Origin: Planctomycetota bacterium
GTDB taxonomy: Bacteria; Planctomycetota; UBA8108; UBA1146
Assembly (NCBI GenBank): GCA_012960845.1
Contig: DUAN01000189.1
Span: 2,942-66,941, forward strand
Direction of reading: 5' to 3'
Length of the DNA: 64,000 nucleotides
Positions 45,059-54,458 of this stretch are shown one piece after another. How positions within the stretch are numbered: the stretch's first letter is position 1; each line of letters opens with the position of its first letter. A program made the position numbers and the translations under genes. The notes under the pieces were generated by a model. That model was not told where the DNA came from, searched no databases, and worked only from the letters and a program-made list of their open reading frames with translations.

Positions 45059-46634
45059 CCACTCTGGTTTCCCGAATCAGTGTAATCTTGATCTCCCCGG
45101 GGTAGGTCAACTGGTCTTCAATCTGCTTGGCCACCTCGTGAGCCAATCGAACCGCCTTCTTGTCGTTGACCTTGTGCGCATTGACGAACACTCGCACCTC
45201 GCGGCCCGCTTGAATCGCCTGGGCGTTGGAGACACCCGCAAAGGAATTGACCAGTCCCTCCAGCTTCTCAAGGCGTTCAACATATCGATCGAGGGATTCC
45301 CCTCTCGCACCTGGACGGCTACCGCTGACCGAATCCGCAGCCTGGACCAGTACTGCATAGAGGCTCTCTTGCGGGACATCGTTATGGTGACTGGCGGCAG
45401 AGTTGACGACCTCCTTCGGCTCGTCGAACCTCTTGAGAATGGTCGCTCCGATTTCAGGATGCCCACCCTCGTACTGGTGGTCGACCGCCTTGCCGATGTC
45501 GTGAAATAGCCCACAGCGCTTTGCCAGATCCTGGTCGAGGCCGAACTCGGCAGCAATCATCCCGCAGATCTGAGCACACTCCACAGAATGGGAGAGCATG
45601 TTCTGGCCGTAGGACGTCCGGTACTTGAGTCGCCCCAGCATCGTCACCAGTTTGGGATGCACACCGGGAAGATCGAGGTCATAGGAGACCTGAACACCGG
45701 TCTTCTGGATCTCTTCGTTGAGTGACTTCTTCGCTTCCGCCACCACCTCTTCGATACGACTGGGATGGATCCGACCATCCGCCAGGAGTTTGTTGAGTGA
45801 ACGCCCCCCCATCTCACGCCGTATCGGATCGAAACAGGAGAGAGTGATCACTCCTGGACTATCATCGACGATCACATCGACTCCGGTGGCCTTTTCGAAT
45901 GCACGAATGTTGCGACCCTCACGGCCGATGATCCGACCTTTCATGTCGTCGGACGCAATCTCGACACTGGTGACGGTGGACTCCTGACAGTATGAGGATG
46001 AGATTCGCTGAAGGGTGGAGGCTAGAATATCTCTCGCCTTGGAGTCCGCTGTTTCCTTGACCCGTTCCACCATCCTCTGGATGAGGATATCTCCTTCATG
46101 TTCGACTTCTCGTTCCATCTTCTCGACCAGAGAGATGCGAGCTTCCTCTCGAGTCATGTCAGCAATCCGCTCGAGGCTCTCACGTTCCTGATCGAGGACC
46201 TCCTCCAGTTCTTCTTCTTTGGTGCGGATCTGCTGCTGTCTGTTGGTGAGAATGGTTTCCTCGGATTGGAGGCTGGATTCCTTCTTGGTCAGGAGAGCCA
46301 TCCGGCGCTCCAGACCATCCTCGCGCTTGCCCAGCTGGTTTTCGGACTCCTTGGTCTCATCCCGCAGATCACGTTGCTGCTGGAGGACATCGCTACGCTG
46401 GTGCTTGACCCAATCCTGGGTCTCCTCGCGGGTGTCCTTGCGGATCCTGTCCGCCTCCGCACGGGCTTCATCGAGCAAGACGCGGCGCTCTTCGCGTATT
46501 CGAGCTTGAGATCGTTGGGTCATGATGGCAATCACCACCAATGCAACCACGATCAGCCCCGCAGAGATGAACATCGCATTCTTGGTGGCATCGACCTGCA
46601 ACAGGACCGGAGCCAGTGAAAGTAAATTATACAA
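45042..46634 (-). CDS. rny: Ribonuclease Y
   Basis: N-terminal TM and coiled coil; KH MKGRIIGREGRNIR; YRTSYGQN; HD motif FHDIGKA; RPGAR; AIQAGREVR. Confidence 0.97.
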   Translation of the reverse strand: MYNLLSLAPVLLQVDATKNAMFISAGLIVVALVVIAIMTQRSQARIREERRVLLDEARAEADRIRKDTREETQDWVKHQRSDVLQQQRDLRDETKESENQLGKREDGLERRMALLTKKESSLQSEETILTNRQQQIRTKEEELEEVLDQERESLERIADMTREEARISLVEKMEREVEHEGDILIQRMVERVKETADSKARDILASTLQRISSSYCQESTVTSVEIASDDMKGRIIGREGRNIRAFEKATGVDVIVDDSPGVITLSCFDPIRREMGGRSLNKLLADGRIHPSRIEEVVAEAKKSLNEEIQKTGVQVSYDLDLPGVHPKLVTMLGRLKYRTSYGQNMLSHSVECAQICGMIAAEFGLDQDLAKRCGLFHDIGKAVDHQYEGGHPEIGATILKRFDEPKEVVNSAASHHNDVPQESLYAVLVQAADSVSGSRPGARGESLDRYVERLEKLEGLVNSFAGVSNAQAIQAGREVRVFVNAHKVNDKKAVRLAHEVAKQIEDQLTYPGEIKITLIRETRVVEYAR

Positions 46635-46694
46635 CTCATTCCTCCCGCAGAAGGCGCTGCAGGGGAAAGACCAGAGGAAGGCGGCCCCGAGGGG

Positions 46695-47954
46695 CTACTG
46701 CGACAAAACCTCGATACTACGGATTCGGATGAGCCGGGCTCCTGTACTGGGATCCTGTTCTTCAACAGTCCCGACGATACCAACTCTTTTATTCACGTAT
46801 GGATCAAGTTTCAATTTGCCGCCATCAAGGTAGAAGAGGAGTTGATTCCCCTTCATCAACTTGTGTGTCGCCTCGACGTCCCGGTGTTTCCCGAGGGGCA
46901 CGACCCAGCCTACCGCCTGATATTTAACTCCAGGGTTTGTGCTGCGATGTCCCGTCCTTCGCAAAATTTCGTTCTCTTTGGCCTTGGCAAGCTCTCGCTC
47001 GGTCTTGGCCTTTTCCTGTTGCCGCTGGATATCCACCAGACGGCGATGTAATGGCATGAAGTGTTCCTGAATGGTCCTCGAGAGATCTCGGACCACCTCG
47101 ACCTCTCCGATATCTTCACTGGAGTTTTCGATGATTTTCATCTGATCCAGTAACGAACGGAAATTCCAATCAACGGGGTTCTTTTGCGTTTCTGTGCGAA
47201 ACTCTTCGAACAATTTCTTTAGTTTCGTCGACTCGAACGCAGGAATCTTGACCGTGTTTGGATCCAGTACATCCTCGGGTGCTGCTTGGCCTACACCCTG
47301 TCCTGGATCTCCTCCGGCAATCGGTTCAGCATCGGGTTGGTTCCCGACAGGTTTGACCGATCCACTGCTTACGCTGTTTCCGATACTTCGAAGTTGCTGA
47401 TGCTGCCTCGATAGGTGCAGCGCTTGAACCTCTGTCTGATTACGACGGATATAGTCTCCGTGAATCCAAGCATGCGCATTGAGAGGCGCAAATACTTCGA
47501 CCCAGTCTCCGTTTGCATCGGTTTTACCAGTGGGCTTCAATCTTTGCCCCGGCTCGGTCAGACCGAGCGGCGCATGTTTTGTGCCGGCAGAAGCACGAAG
47601 TCTCACACGACTGCCCGTGACACGGAGCGAATCCCCATCCGACGCCAAATAATCACCATGTACCCAGACCGGCCGATCGGCCGGCACCGCTACCTCGACC
47701 CAATCTCCTTGACCACCCAGTGCGATGAGGGGAATCCCTCCGCGCAACTGGAAGAAGGCAAGATGATTGGTAGAAGGACCGGTTCTGATATTGACCACAC
47801 TCCCCGTCACTTCACCCATCCAGGGTTGAAGAGTCGGTTGTCCCCGCACCGGATCGTCCTGAGCGTGGATCGAAGTTCCGATCAGCAGCAGCAGGGAAAC
47901 GACTCCGACGGAGCATCTGACCATCGATCCGAAATTTGAAAAGGAGGACTTCAT
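46695..47954 (-). CDS. Secreted protein with two SH3b-like domains and a coiled-coil C-terminal region
   Basis: VNIRTGPST...DWVEV...WVHGDYL and VRLRASAGT...DWVEV...WIHGDYI; signal peptide ending IHA-Q. Start uncertain (47954, 48113 or 48182). Confidence 0.8.
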   Translation of the reverse strand: MKSSFSNFGSMVRCSVGVVSLLLLIGTSIHAQDDPVRGQPTLQPWMGEVTGSVVNIRTGPSTNHLAFFQLRGGIPLIALGGQGDWVEVAVPADRPVWVHGDYLASDGDSLRVTGSRVRLRASAGTKHAPLGLTEPGQRLKPTGKTDANGDWVEVFAPLNAHAWIHGDYIRRNQTEVQALHLSRQHQQLRSIGNSVSSGSVKPVGNQPDAEPIAGGDPGQGVGQAAPEDVLDPNTVKIPAFESTKLKKLFEEFRTETQKNPVDWNFRSLLDQMKIIENSSEDIGEVEVVRDLSRTIQEHFMPLHRRLVDIQRQQEKAKTERELAKAKENEILRRTGHRSTNPGVKYQAVGWVVPLGKHRDVEATHKLMKGNQLLFYLDGGKLKLDPYVNKRVGIVGTVEEQDPSTGARLIRIRSIEVLSQ

Positions 47955-48035
47955 CGCCTTGGTATCGATACTGTTCGAGTTATCTCTCGAGTCCAGTGCA
48001 ACAGATGTTGAGATATCCGTAGTCGATGAGTCTTT

Positions 48036-48110
48036 CATTCGTGCGGCATTCATAGATGCGGAATTCATTGATGCGAAATTCAACTGTCCTGCGTATTCGA
48101 CTGCGTATTG
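48036..48110. repeat. Degenerate 12- and 15-nt tandem repeats in the leader of the SH3 gene
   Basis: Minus strand AATACGCAGTCG/AATACGCAGGAC, then AATTTCGCATCAATG/AATTCCGCATCTATG/AATGCCGCACGAATG. Confidence 0.6.
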
Positions 48111-48260
48111 GATGGTGATCCTCCTTCCCCTTTTCTTGCGGGTGTACTTCGACACCCACTCGGTCCAAAACTCCCGATCCATCGGTCGATGGTTGGTAGC
48201 GTTTCAGACCCGAAGATTTCTGGGCCCAAAAATATCAATCAGGCCACCAAGAGAGGTTTG

Positions 48261-48289
48261 ATCCTATGTGGAGAGGCGCTGCCTGTCAA
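48261..48289 (-). promoter_or_regulatory. Strong sigma70-type promoter
   Basis: Minus strand TTGACA-N17-TAGGAT upstream of the SH3-rny-ymdB gene run. Confidence 0.75.
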
Positions 48290-48383
48290 CGCAGCCCACC
48301 CATCTCGGAGCACGAATCCTCTGACAGGTGCAAGTGATGTCCCAGATGAGGTCGAGGGGCATGCATTGGTGGATTCCACCGAG

Positions 48384-49274
48384 TCAGTCGGAGCGGATCA
48401 GAAGCAATTCGCCGATCCGGCAACTCTGAGCCGCTGCGGTGACAGGGCACTTGGCCCTGATCAGGAAAAAGACCGGCAATCCGCTGGAAGCCAGGGTCTG
48501 GTGATGGGAAGACCCCTTGGCGATGATCAAATCGGCCTGATCCATCCGTTTTCGTAGCGGTTCAGTCACTTCGTCCGAAAGCAAACCCAGACTTTCTCCA
48601 GGCGAGGTAAAGAGCTCATCCGCACCTTGTTCTCCGACCAGACCGACTCGATCCGCGTCTTCCTGACACGCTTTCAGCAGCATCGGAGATTCACAGAGGA
48701 CGCTGGTGACCTGCAGCCCGGTGCGAGCCTTTTTTAACTGTTCCAGCAGGACCAGATCTGCCGGCAATTCAGGCGCAGTATCATGGATGAACAACAGCCT
48801 GGAGGCCCCGGAGACGATCCGATCGAGCGAATTCCGCTCATCGTGGACAAATTCGGTATCTGCCACGTCGCCCGCTCGCATCCCCAATTTCCTCAGATCT
48901 TCGCGGATCGCCTTCGACTGGAGGATCTCATTGGCGAATACATTACAGCGCGCAGAGAGCAGAAGTGCCCGCCCCAGCGGATCTGGCGACTCCGCTACCT
49001 GCTGGCGCATCCCGGGCAACGCCTCCAGCATCTCGGCAGACCAGCGTTCCCGCAGTTCTCTCCACGGGTCGCCCGACCCCAGCACCGAATGGACCCTTTT
49101 GAGCAGGCCCCCGACCATCTCGGCAGGAGACTGGCTCGTTTCCGATTCGTGGAGGATTCTCATCGATTCATCGACCACTTTCTGCTGCAGCCAATCATCA
49201 TCACTGATGCGTTCTGCAGTACAGAGTGCTCTTCGAAGAGCGCAGGGGTAGCACTGTGGTACGAAGCGAGACAA
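48384..49274 (-). CDS. DUF89/ARMT1-like (damage-control phosphatase family) protein, motifs degenerate
   Basis: CYPC N-terminus, SPAEM, GDPW, ADLIIAKG, FFLIRAKCPV; HDTAPE replaces the canonical DNAGE. Confidence 0.8.
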   Translation of the reverse strand: MSRFVPQCYPCALRRALCTAERISDDDWLQQKVVDESMRILHESETSQSPAEMVGGLLKRVHSVLGSGDPWRELRERWSAEMLEALPGMRQQVAESPDPLGRALLLSARCNVFANEILQSKAIREDLRKLGMRAGDVADTEFVHDERNSLDRIVSGASRLLFIHDTAPELPADLVLLEQLKKARTGLQVTSVLCESPMLLKACQEDADRVGLVGEQGADELFTSPGESLGLLSDEVTEPLRKRMDQADLIIAKGSSHHQTLASSGLPVFFLIRAKCPVTAAAQSCRIGELLLIRSD

Positions 49275-49277
49275 GGG

Positions 49278-50192
49278 TCAGTAACCCGTCTGGAATTTCT
49301 GGAGTTCATCCGAGGTGAACACCATCTTGGTCGGGAAAGCATCGCGGAATCGAACACCCTGGTGTGGTCGAAGTACCTGGATTTCTCGCAGCGCAGATCG
49401 AGCGGCGTCGAGATTTTCGAAAGGCCCGACGAAGACGCTGAAGAATCGTTTCCCGGCGCCCGATTCGCTGATACGAACTCGTGCTCTCGCCGTGGTCAAT
49501 CCGGAGTCGACATACTGAACCAGTTTGTCGATCACCGCAGGGTCCTTGCTGAGGTGCTGTCCAATCCACACCGCATAAAGACTTTGCTGCGGCGGAACCA
49601 TCACCACATCCGCAATCGAAGCCACTGCAGGGACCACGTTCGCATCGGCTGCAGGGTCGGTGGCACTGGGAGCGACCGCCTGCTGGAGGATGTTTCGGAT
49701 GGCAGGACGACCTCCCGGTTCCGGATCGAGCAACGGCCAGCTGGAACCATCGCTCAGGGGCGTCCGGTCCATCTCAGCGATTCCTGCGGGTTCTTGCACC
49801 GGAGCAGTGCTGTTACCGGACATGTAAGCGAGCGTCATCAATAACAGAGCGGCGATCCCGAAAACTAGCAGGGTGGCACGACGGATTTCGACGGTTTCTG
49901 TCCAAAAGGTGTCTCTTGTCGGGGGCAAGCGGTCAATTTCTCCGGAGGAATTCGCCGCCGGGATCTCTGGCAATTGGCGAGTTTGGGGAATCTGCTTGGC
50001 CCGATCATCGAAATCGACCCGTCGGCGAGAACCAGAGCCAAGGGGGGCTACTGGATCCGGAGATGTCGATGAGGGTTGGGAAGTGTCCGAGGCGGATTCC
50101 GTCTGTATTGAACCGGTGGGCTCCCGCGATGGGGGCAAATTTCTCTGATCACGGAGCATTTCAAACATGCTCGATTCATCTCTACGTCCCAA
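49278..50192 (-). CDS. Bitopic membrane protein with C-terminal SPOR-like domain
   Basis: Disordered N-terminus, single TM (TLLVFGIAALLLMTLAY), C-terminal FSVFVGPFENLDAARSAL...FRDAF. Confidence 0.7.
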   Translation of the reverse strand: MGRRDESSMFEMLRDQRNLPPSREPTGSIQTESASDTSQPSSTSPDPVAPLGSGSRRRVDFDDRAKQIPQTRQLPEIPAANSSGEIDRLPPTRDTFWTETVEIRRATLLVFGIAALLLMTLAYMSGNSTAPVQEPAGIAEMDRTPLSDGSSWPLLDPEPGGRPAIRNILQQAVAPSATDPAADANVVPAVASIADVVMVPPQQSLYAVWIGQHLSKDPAVIDKLVQYVDSGLTTARARVRISESGAGKRFFSVFVGPFENLDAARSALREIQVLRPHQGVRFRDAFPTKMVFTSDELQKFQTGY

Positions 50193-50350
50193 GGTTCCCC
50201 CCTTATGATCTCACGGCATGTACCTCAGGGAGAATAGGTGAGCAAAGCGGGTCGGTCAAGAAGCGTGCGTTGCGTTGTCGCGAATCGGACTTCATCATGG
50301 AGGCCATGGTCCCACCTTTGAGTTCCACGACATCCTCGGGAAGGGAGTCG

Positions 50351-51733
50351 ATGAAAATCGTAGCCAGATCGAATTGGGCCACAGCCAGGAAATTGGTGCT
50401 GGCACTTGGCCTGATCCTCCCCCATTCCGGGATCCACGGATCCGTGGAATCCTCTCCTTATTCGGAACCCCTCCATCTGAAATCCCTCCAACTGAAATCA
50501 AGTGGTACGGAGCCACGCAGTATAACTGCCCATCGATCCAATTCGCTGCCACCGGATGCCGGTGGGAGCGAGGTCGGTGGGATCGCTGGCGGTGGGATCG
50601 ACGTGGTGATCGAAACGGTCCTGGGCGAGATCAAAGCTCCTCATCCGACCTTCAGTGGCGATCTGACGGGCATAGAAGTGGCCGGAAGTACGGTGGAGAT
50701 GCGCGACATCCTGTCGATTCGATTCCCCTCTCACCAGTTCCAACGGCAACCCAGGGAGCAGATCCTGCTGCGCAATGGAACCCTCTGGAGGGGAGATCTG
50801 AAGCGAGACGGCGATCCGGGTGGAGAAACGATCCAGTGGAAAAGCCCCTCGCTGCCGGCACCGATGATGATCTCCCTGGAAGATCTGGCGGAATACCGGA
50901 CCCATCAATCCCCTGCGACTCCCTTCCCCGATCCGATCGCCGATTCTGACCAGTTGCTGACCAGTGACGGGGCGCTGCTGACCGGGATTCTCGAGTCGCT
51001 GCGGGTCGAAGGGGTGCTCTTTGATGATCCTTCGCTGGGGCCCCTGACAATTCCCTGGTCCAAATTGTTCGCCTTCCGCCTGATCGAGATTCCGACAGAT
51101 CGGCCCCCACCGACCGACCATCAGTTGCCGGTGCGAGTACAGACGGTCGCAGGAAGCGAGATTTACGGCGCACTGCTCCAACTGGATCCGACTTCTCTGA
51201 GACTGCGACAGTCCGATCGGCAGGAACTCGCCATCCCCATCTCTCAGGTGGTGCAGATCCATTTTGAACTGGAGCGGATCATCCCCCTGACCCAGCGGCC
51301 ACCGCTGAAAGTCGATGAAGGTCTTCCCCAATCGGACTGGTTCCCCTGGACCTGGAGGAAAGATCTCAATGTGCTGGGACAGCCGCTCAAGATCGGGGCC
51401 CGACAATTTGCTTCAGGAATCGGCGTCCATTCCCGTAGCCACCTGACCTTTTCGGTCGAAGAGGGAGATCGAACCCTGGTCGGAATCGCCGGGATCGACG
51501 CCAGCAGTCGTCCGCCCGATGAGGAGCCGGGGATCGGCTGTGCCGACTTCTCCATCCTGGTCGATGGAGAGATGAAGTTCGATGGCGGCACCCTGTCCTG
51601 GAAGGATCCTGGCGTCGATTTCAGGATCGACCTGACGGGTGCGAAGAAGTTCACCCTGAGGGTCGACCTCGGTCCAGGACATCACATCCTCGACCGCGCC
51701 AACTGGGCGATGATCCGCATCATCCGCGACTAG
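50351..51733 (+). CDS. Secreted protein with repeated small beta modules and C-terminal NPCBM/NEW2 domain
   Basis: ATG 50351 after AAGGGAG; signal peptide; C-terminal PLKIG..FASGIGVHSRS.LTF...AGID...FSILVDG...IDLTGAKK.TL.VD...DRANW. Confidence 0.8.
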   Translation: MKIVARSNWATARKLVLALGLILPHSGIHGSVESSPYSEPLHLKSLQLKSSGTEPRSITAHRSNSLPPDAGGSEVGGIAGGGIDVVIETVLGEIKAPHPTFSGDLTGIEVAGSTVEMRDILSIRFPSHQFQRQPREQILLRNGTLWRGDLKRDGDPGGETIQWKSPSLPAPMMISLEDLAEYRTHQSPATPFPDPIADSDQLLTSDGALLTGILESLRVEGVLFDDPSLGPLTIPWSKLFAFRLIEIPTDRPPPTDHQLPVRVQTVAGSEIYGALLQLDPTSLRLRQSDRQELAIPISQVVQIHFELERIIPLTQRPPLKVDEGLPQSDWFPWTWRKDLNVLGQPLKIGARQFASGIGVHSRSHLTFSVEEGDRTLVGIAGIDASSRPPDEEPGIGCADFSILVDGEMKFDGGTLSWKDPGVDFRIDLTGAKKFTLRVDLGPGHHILDRANWAMIRIIRD

Positions 51734-51743
51734 CAAGGCACCT

Positions 51744-51785
51744 GCAGTATCGTGCGGCTCGTACCGTGCTACTCGTACCGTGCGA
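51744..51785. repeat. Three 14-nt tandem repeats in a convergent intergenic region
   Basis: GCAGTATCGTGCGG / CTCGTACCGTGCTA / CTCGTACCGTGCGA. Confidence 0.55.
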
Positions 51786-51795
51786 GACGGCCACG

Positions 51796-51833
51796 AAAAA
51801 GCCCCTGCTACCGATTCCAGGTAGCAGAGGCTT
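51796..51833 (-). terminator. Rho-independent terminator
   Basis: Stem AAGCCCCTGCTACC-GATTCCA-GGTAGCAGAGGCTT (one mismatch) with an A-run on the plus strand, which is a U-tail for the minus-strand VWA gene. Confidence 0.8.
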
Positions 51834-51860
51834 GTCGATGGGTGAGACGCTGAAGAAGGA

Positions 51861-53456
51861 TCAGTCTCCCGGATTATCGGGATTCAACTTGTTATCCACC
51901 TTCATGTCGGTGTAGGTGCCGCCAGTCTCCTCGGCGAGCCTTTTCAACCAGCTGTTGGCCTGGGCCAAGCCCGGCATCTGTTGCCCCCCCTGAGTGAAGG
52001 GGTGAAAGCCAAAACAATGGATCTTGATCTTGCGGAACCGGTTCAACTCGAAAACCTTGTCGAGAATCGGACTGGTCGGGTCCTTTACCTTGCCATCCTT
52101 TGATGGAAGTCCATCAGAGAGGAAGAAGATGGTGTTGGTTCGTGGATCCTGCATGAACGCCTCGACCAGTGCGTCCAGGGTGTTGGTATTGCCGTTGTGC
52201 TTGATTCCATCGACCCACTTCAAAGCCGACCTCTTGTTGCCGGTGCTGGCGGGAGTCGCCTTCTTCTTGAACTTGCTGACGGTGGTGTCGAAGCGGACGC
52301 AATTGAAGGCTGCATCCTTCGACATCTTCTTCAGCACCTTGCGCAATTCTCGCTTGGCCATCTCCATCCGGCTCCAGAACTTGGCGAGACGGATCTGTTC
52401 CTGGGTCATCTGACCACCACCGGAGGATCCTCCCCCGTCGGAGCCGTCTCCTCGACCGAGCCCAGGAATATCATCCTTGTGGACATACCGCATCGATCCG
52501 GAGGTATCGATGACGAAGACGATGTTCTTTGACTCGACCGGAACGCCCCAGAATTCGGGGTCATTACCACGGCGCTTGCGCTTGACTCCGGTCTTTCCGT
52601 CGTGGGTCTCCTCCATCGGGTCAAAGGTGTCCTGACGCGGCTCCCACCACGAGTGCCACTCCTCGATCAGATCGAAGTCCTGTCCGGTCAACTCCCACAG
52701 TGAATCTCGCACCTGGTGGTAGAGCACGTCCTTGCGTTTCTTGACCAGCTTCTCCAGCAGTTTGATCATCGGTTCGACGCCGATGGCACTCTGGCTCTTG
52801 CGAAAACCCTCCACCGCAGCTCCCTGGACAAAGGCGGACTTGTCCTCGAGAAAGGAGCACAGCAGTTTCAAGGCGTCGTCATTGTCGATCCCTCGCAGCC
52901 GCTGCAATTGCTTTTTCAGTGCCTCTTGCTGCTGCTTCAACCGATCGGGAATCCCTGGATCGGCACCGGGAGGCAATCCATCATCTTCGATCTCCTGGAG
53001 CCTCTTGCCCAGTTTCATGATCTCGTCATTGATCTTCCCGCGCTTGTTTGTGGGGAAGGAGAGGATGTCGGTCAGATAGACGCGCTCGCGGAAATCGCTT
53101 TTGCTGCGCAGTTTTTTGTAACGTTCGGTGATGAAATCGACGCAACCATCCATACGAGACAGTTCCTCACAGATGGTGCTGTAGACCGTTGGATTCCGTC
53201 CATCCTTGAAGCCCAGATCGTACAGCGTATCGACCGAATCCTCGGTACCGTAGGCAGCGATCTGCCGGACGATATCGATGGCGTTATCGGTGTTCTCGCC
53301 CTGGAGCGCCCTGCGAAAGCTCTTGGCCAGTTTCTTGATCTCTTTCGAATCGGCAGCACTGGACGCTTCCAGCACGGCGAAGGAAAAGATTCCGCACACC
53401 ATTGTGATCCACAGAAGAGCCAGTGAACCTCTGGTTGTACGATTTTGGTAGATCAT
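51861..53456 (-). CDS. Secreted HEAT-repeat + VWA domain protein (paralogue of 1250-2953)
   Basis: ATG 53456 after GGAGG; signal peptide; LWELTGQDF..WHSWW; IVFVIDTSGSM, GNTNTLDAL, IFFLSDG, IHCFGF. Confidence 0.82.
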   Translation of the reverse strand: MIYQNRTTRGSLALLWITMVCGIFSFAVLEASSAADSKEIKKLAKSFRRALQGENTDNAIDIVRQIAAYGTEDSVDTLYDLGFKDGRNPTVYSTICEELSRMDGCVDFITERYKKLRSKSDFRERVYLTDILSFPTNKRGKINDEIMKLGKRLQEIEDDGLPPGADPGIPDRLKQQQEALKKQLQRLRGIDNDDALKLLCSFLEDKSAFVQGAAVEGFRKSQSAIGVEPMIKLLEKLVKKRKDVLYHQVRDSLWELTGQDFDLIEEWHSWWEPRQDTFDPMEETHDGKTGVKRKRRGNDPEFWGVPVESKNIVFVIDTSGSMRYVHKDDIPGLGRGDGSDGGGSSGGGQMTQEQIRLAKFWSRMEMAKRELRKVLKKMSKDAAFNCVRFDTTVSKFKKKATPASTGNKRSALKWVDGIKHNGNTNTLDALVEAFMQDPRTNTIFFLSDGLPSKDGKVKDPTSPILDKVFELNRFRKIKIHCFGFHPFTQGGQQMPGLAQANSWLKRLAEETGGTYTDMKVDNKLNPDNPGD

Positions 53457-53684
53457 GATTCCTCCATCGGCACCCTTGGCGGGGTGCTCTCTTGACGAAT
53501 GAGACTCGCGATCGGGACTGGATCGGAGTACGGGCCCAGGAAGCCACCTTCCGGGCACTCTCAAGGTATCATGCCTCCTTCTTCAGTTCCATCGTCTAGG
53601 ATCTGGAGGAATATGGGCTTATGGGTGACGAATTGGCTCGATTTGCTTATCTTGGACCAACACCAACATGCCCTGGAGGAACAG

Positions 53685-54449
53685 ATGTCCCAGCACCAAG
53701 ACGACACCGATCGCCAGTACCATATCGGTCTCTCCCGGGGAGATGCCGCAGCAAAGATCTTGCTCGCCGGAGATCCCGAACGAGTGCGACGCAGCGCCGC
53801 TCGACTCGATAGTATCGAGGGCGAATGGAGCTGTCGCGAATATCTGACCATCACCGGAGAATGGCGTGGTGAGCGGGTGACCCTGATGGCCACCGGCATC
53901 GGCGCCAGCAACATCGAGATCGCGATGGTCGAACTGGCCGCCATCGTCGACGATCCGGTACTGATCCGAGCAGGCTCCTGTGGCGGTATAGACCCGAAGA
54001 TTCAGCTGGGTGATCTGGTGGTCAGCTGGGGGGCGGTACGGATGGAGAATACCTCCACCACCTTCGTTCCCGAGGGTTACCCCAGCGTCTCTCATCCGGA
54101 TGTGATCCAGGCACTACTGCAGCAAGCGCGCCAGAAGGAGTACCCGGTCCACCTCGGGATCACCGCCACCGCACCCGGTTTCTACGGCGCCCAGGGGCGA
54201 AATGTGAATGGATTCCCTCCACGCCACCCCGACGTGATCGAGGAGCTGGCCCGCATCGGTGTCGCCAACATGGAGATGGAGGCTTCGGCGCTCTTCACAC
54301 TGGCCTCGGTGAAGGGATGGAGAGCGGGGTGCGTTTGCACCGTCTTTGGCCGTCGACATCACGATGAATTTGTCCCGGTCGCCGAAAAACCGGCACTGGA
54401 AGATCGCTGCGTCGAGGTGGCACTCGACGCACTGCTGAGCATCGACTGA
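53685..54449 (+). CDS. udp: Uridine phosphorylase
   Basis: ATG 53685 after GGAGG; QYHIGL, GDPERV, REY, TGIG, IRAGSCGG, FYGAQGR, NMEMEASALF. Confidence 0.9.
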   Translation: MSQHQDDTDRQYHIGLSRGDAAAKILLAGDPERVRRSAARLDSIEGEWSCREYLTITGEWRGERVTLMATGIGASNIEIAMVELAAIVDDPVLIRAGSCGGIDPKIQLGDLVVSWGAVRMENTSTTFVPEGYPSVSHPDVIQALLQQARQKEYPVHLGITATAPGFYGAQGRNVNGFPPRHPDVIEELARIGVANMEMEASALFTLASVKGWRAGCVCTVFGRRHHDEFVPVAEKPALEDRCVEVALDALLSID

Positions 54450-54458
54450 GACGAGGGA

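Noticed and set aside
46635-46694. 6S RNA upstream of rny
   Set aside because: The gap is only 60 nt and there is no zapA/ygfA context.
49916-50350. N-terminal 145 codons of the 605-aa plus-strand ORF
   Set aside because: Overlaps the SPOR gene on the opposite strand; the RBS and signal peptide point to ATG 50351.
51744-51785. Short tandem repeats here, at 10881-10925 and at 48036-48110 as possible CRISPR remnants
   Set aside because: Units are 12-15 nt and directly adjacent, with no spacers and no cas genes.
53633-53648. TGGCTC...TTGCT sigma54-like site upstream of udp
   Set aside because: GG-to-GC spacing is 8 nt rather than the required 10.
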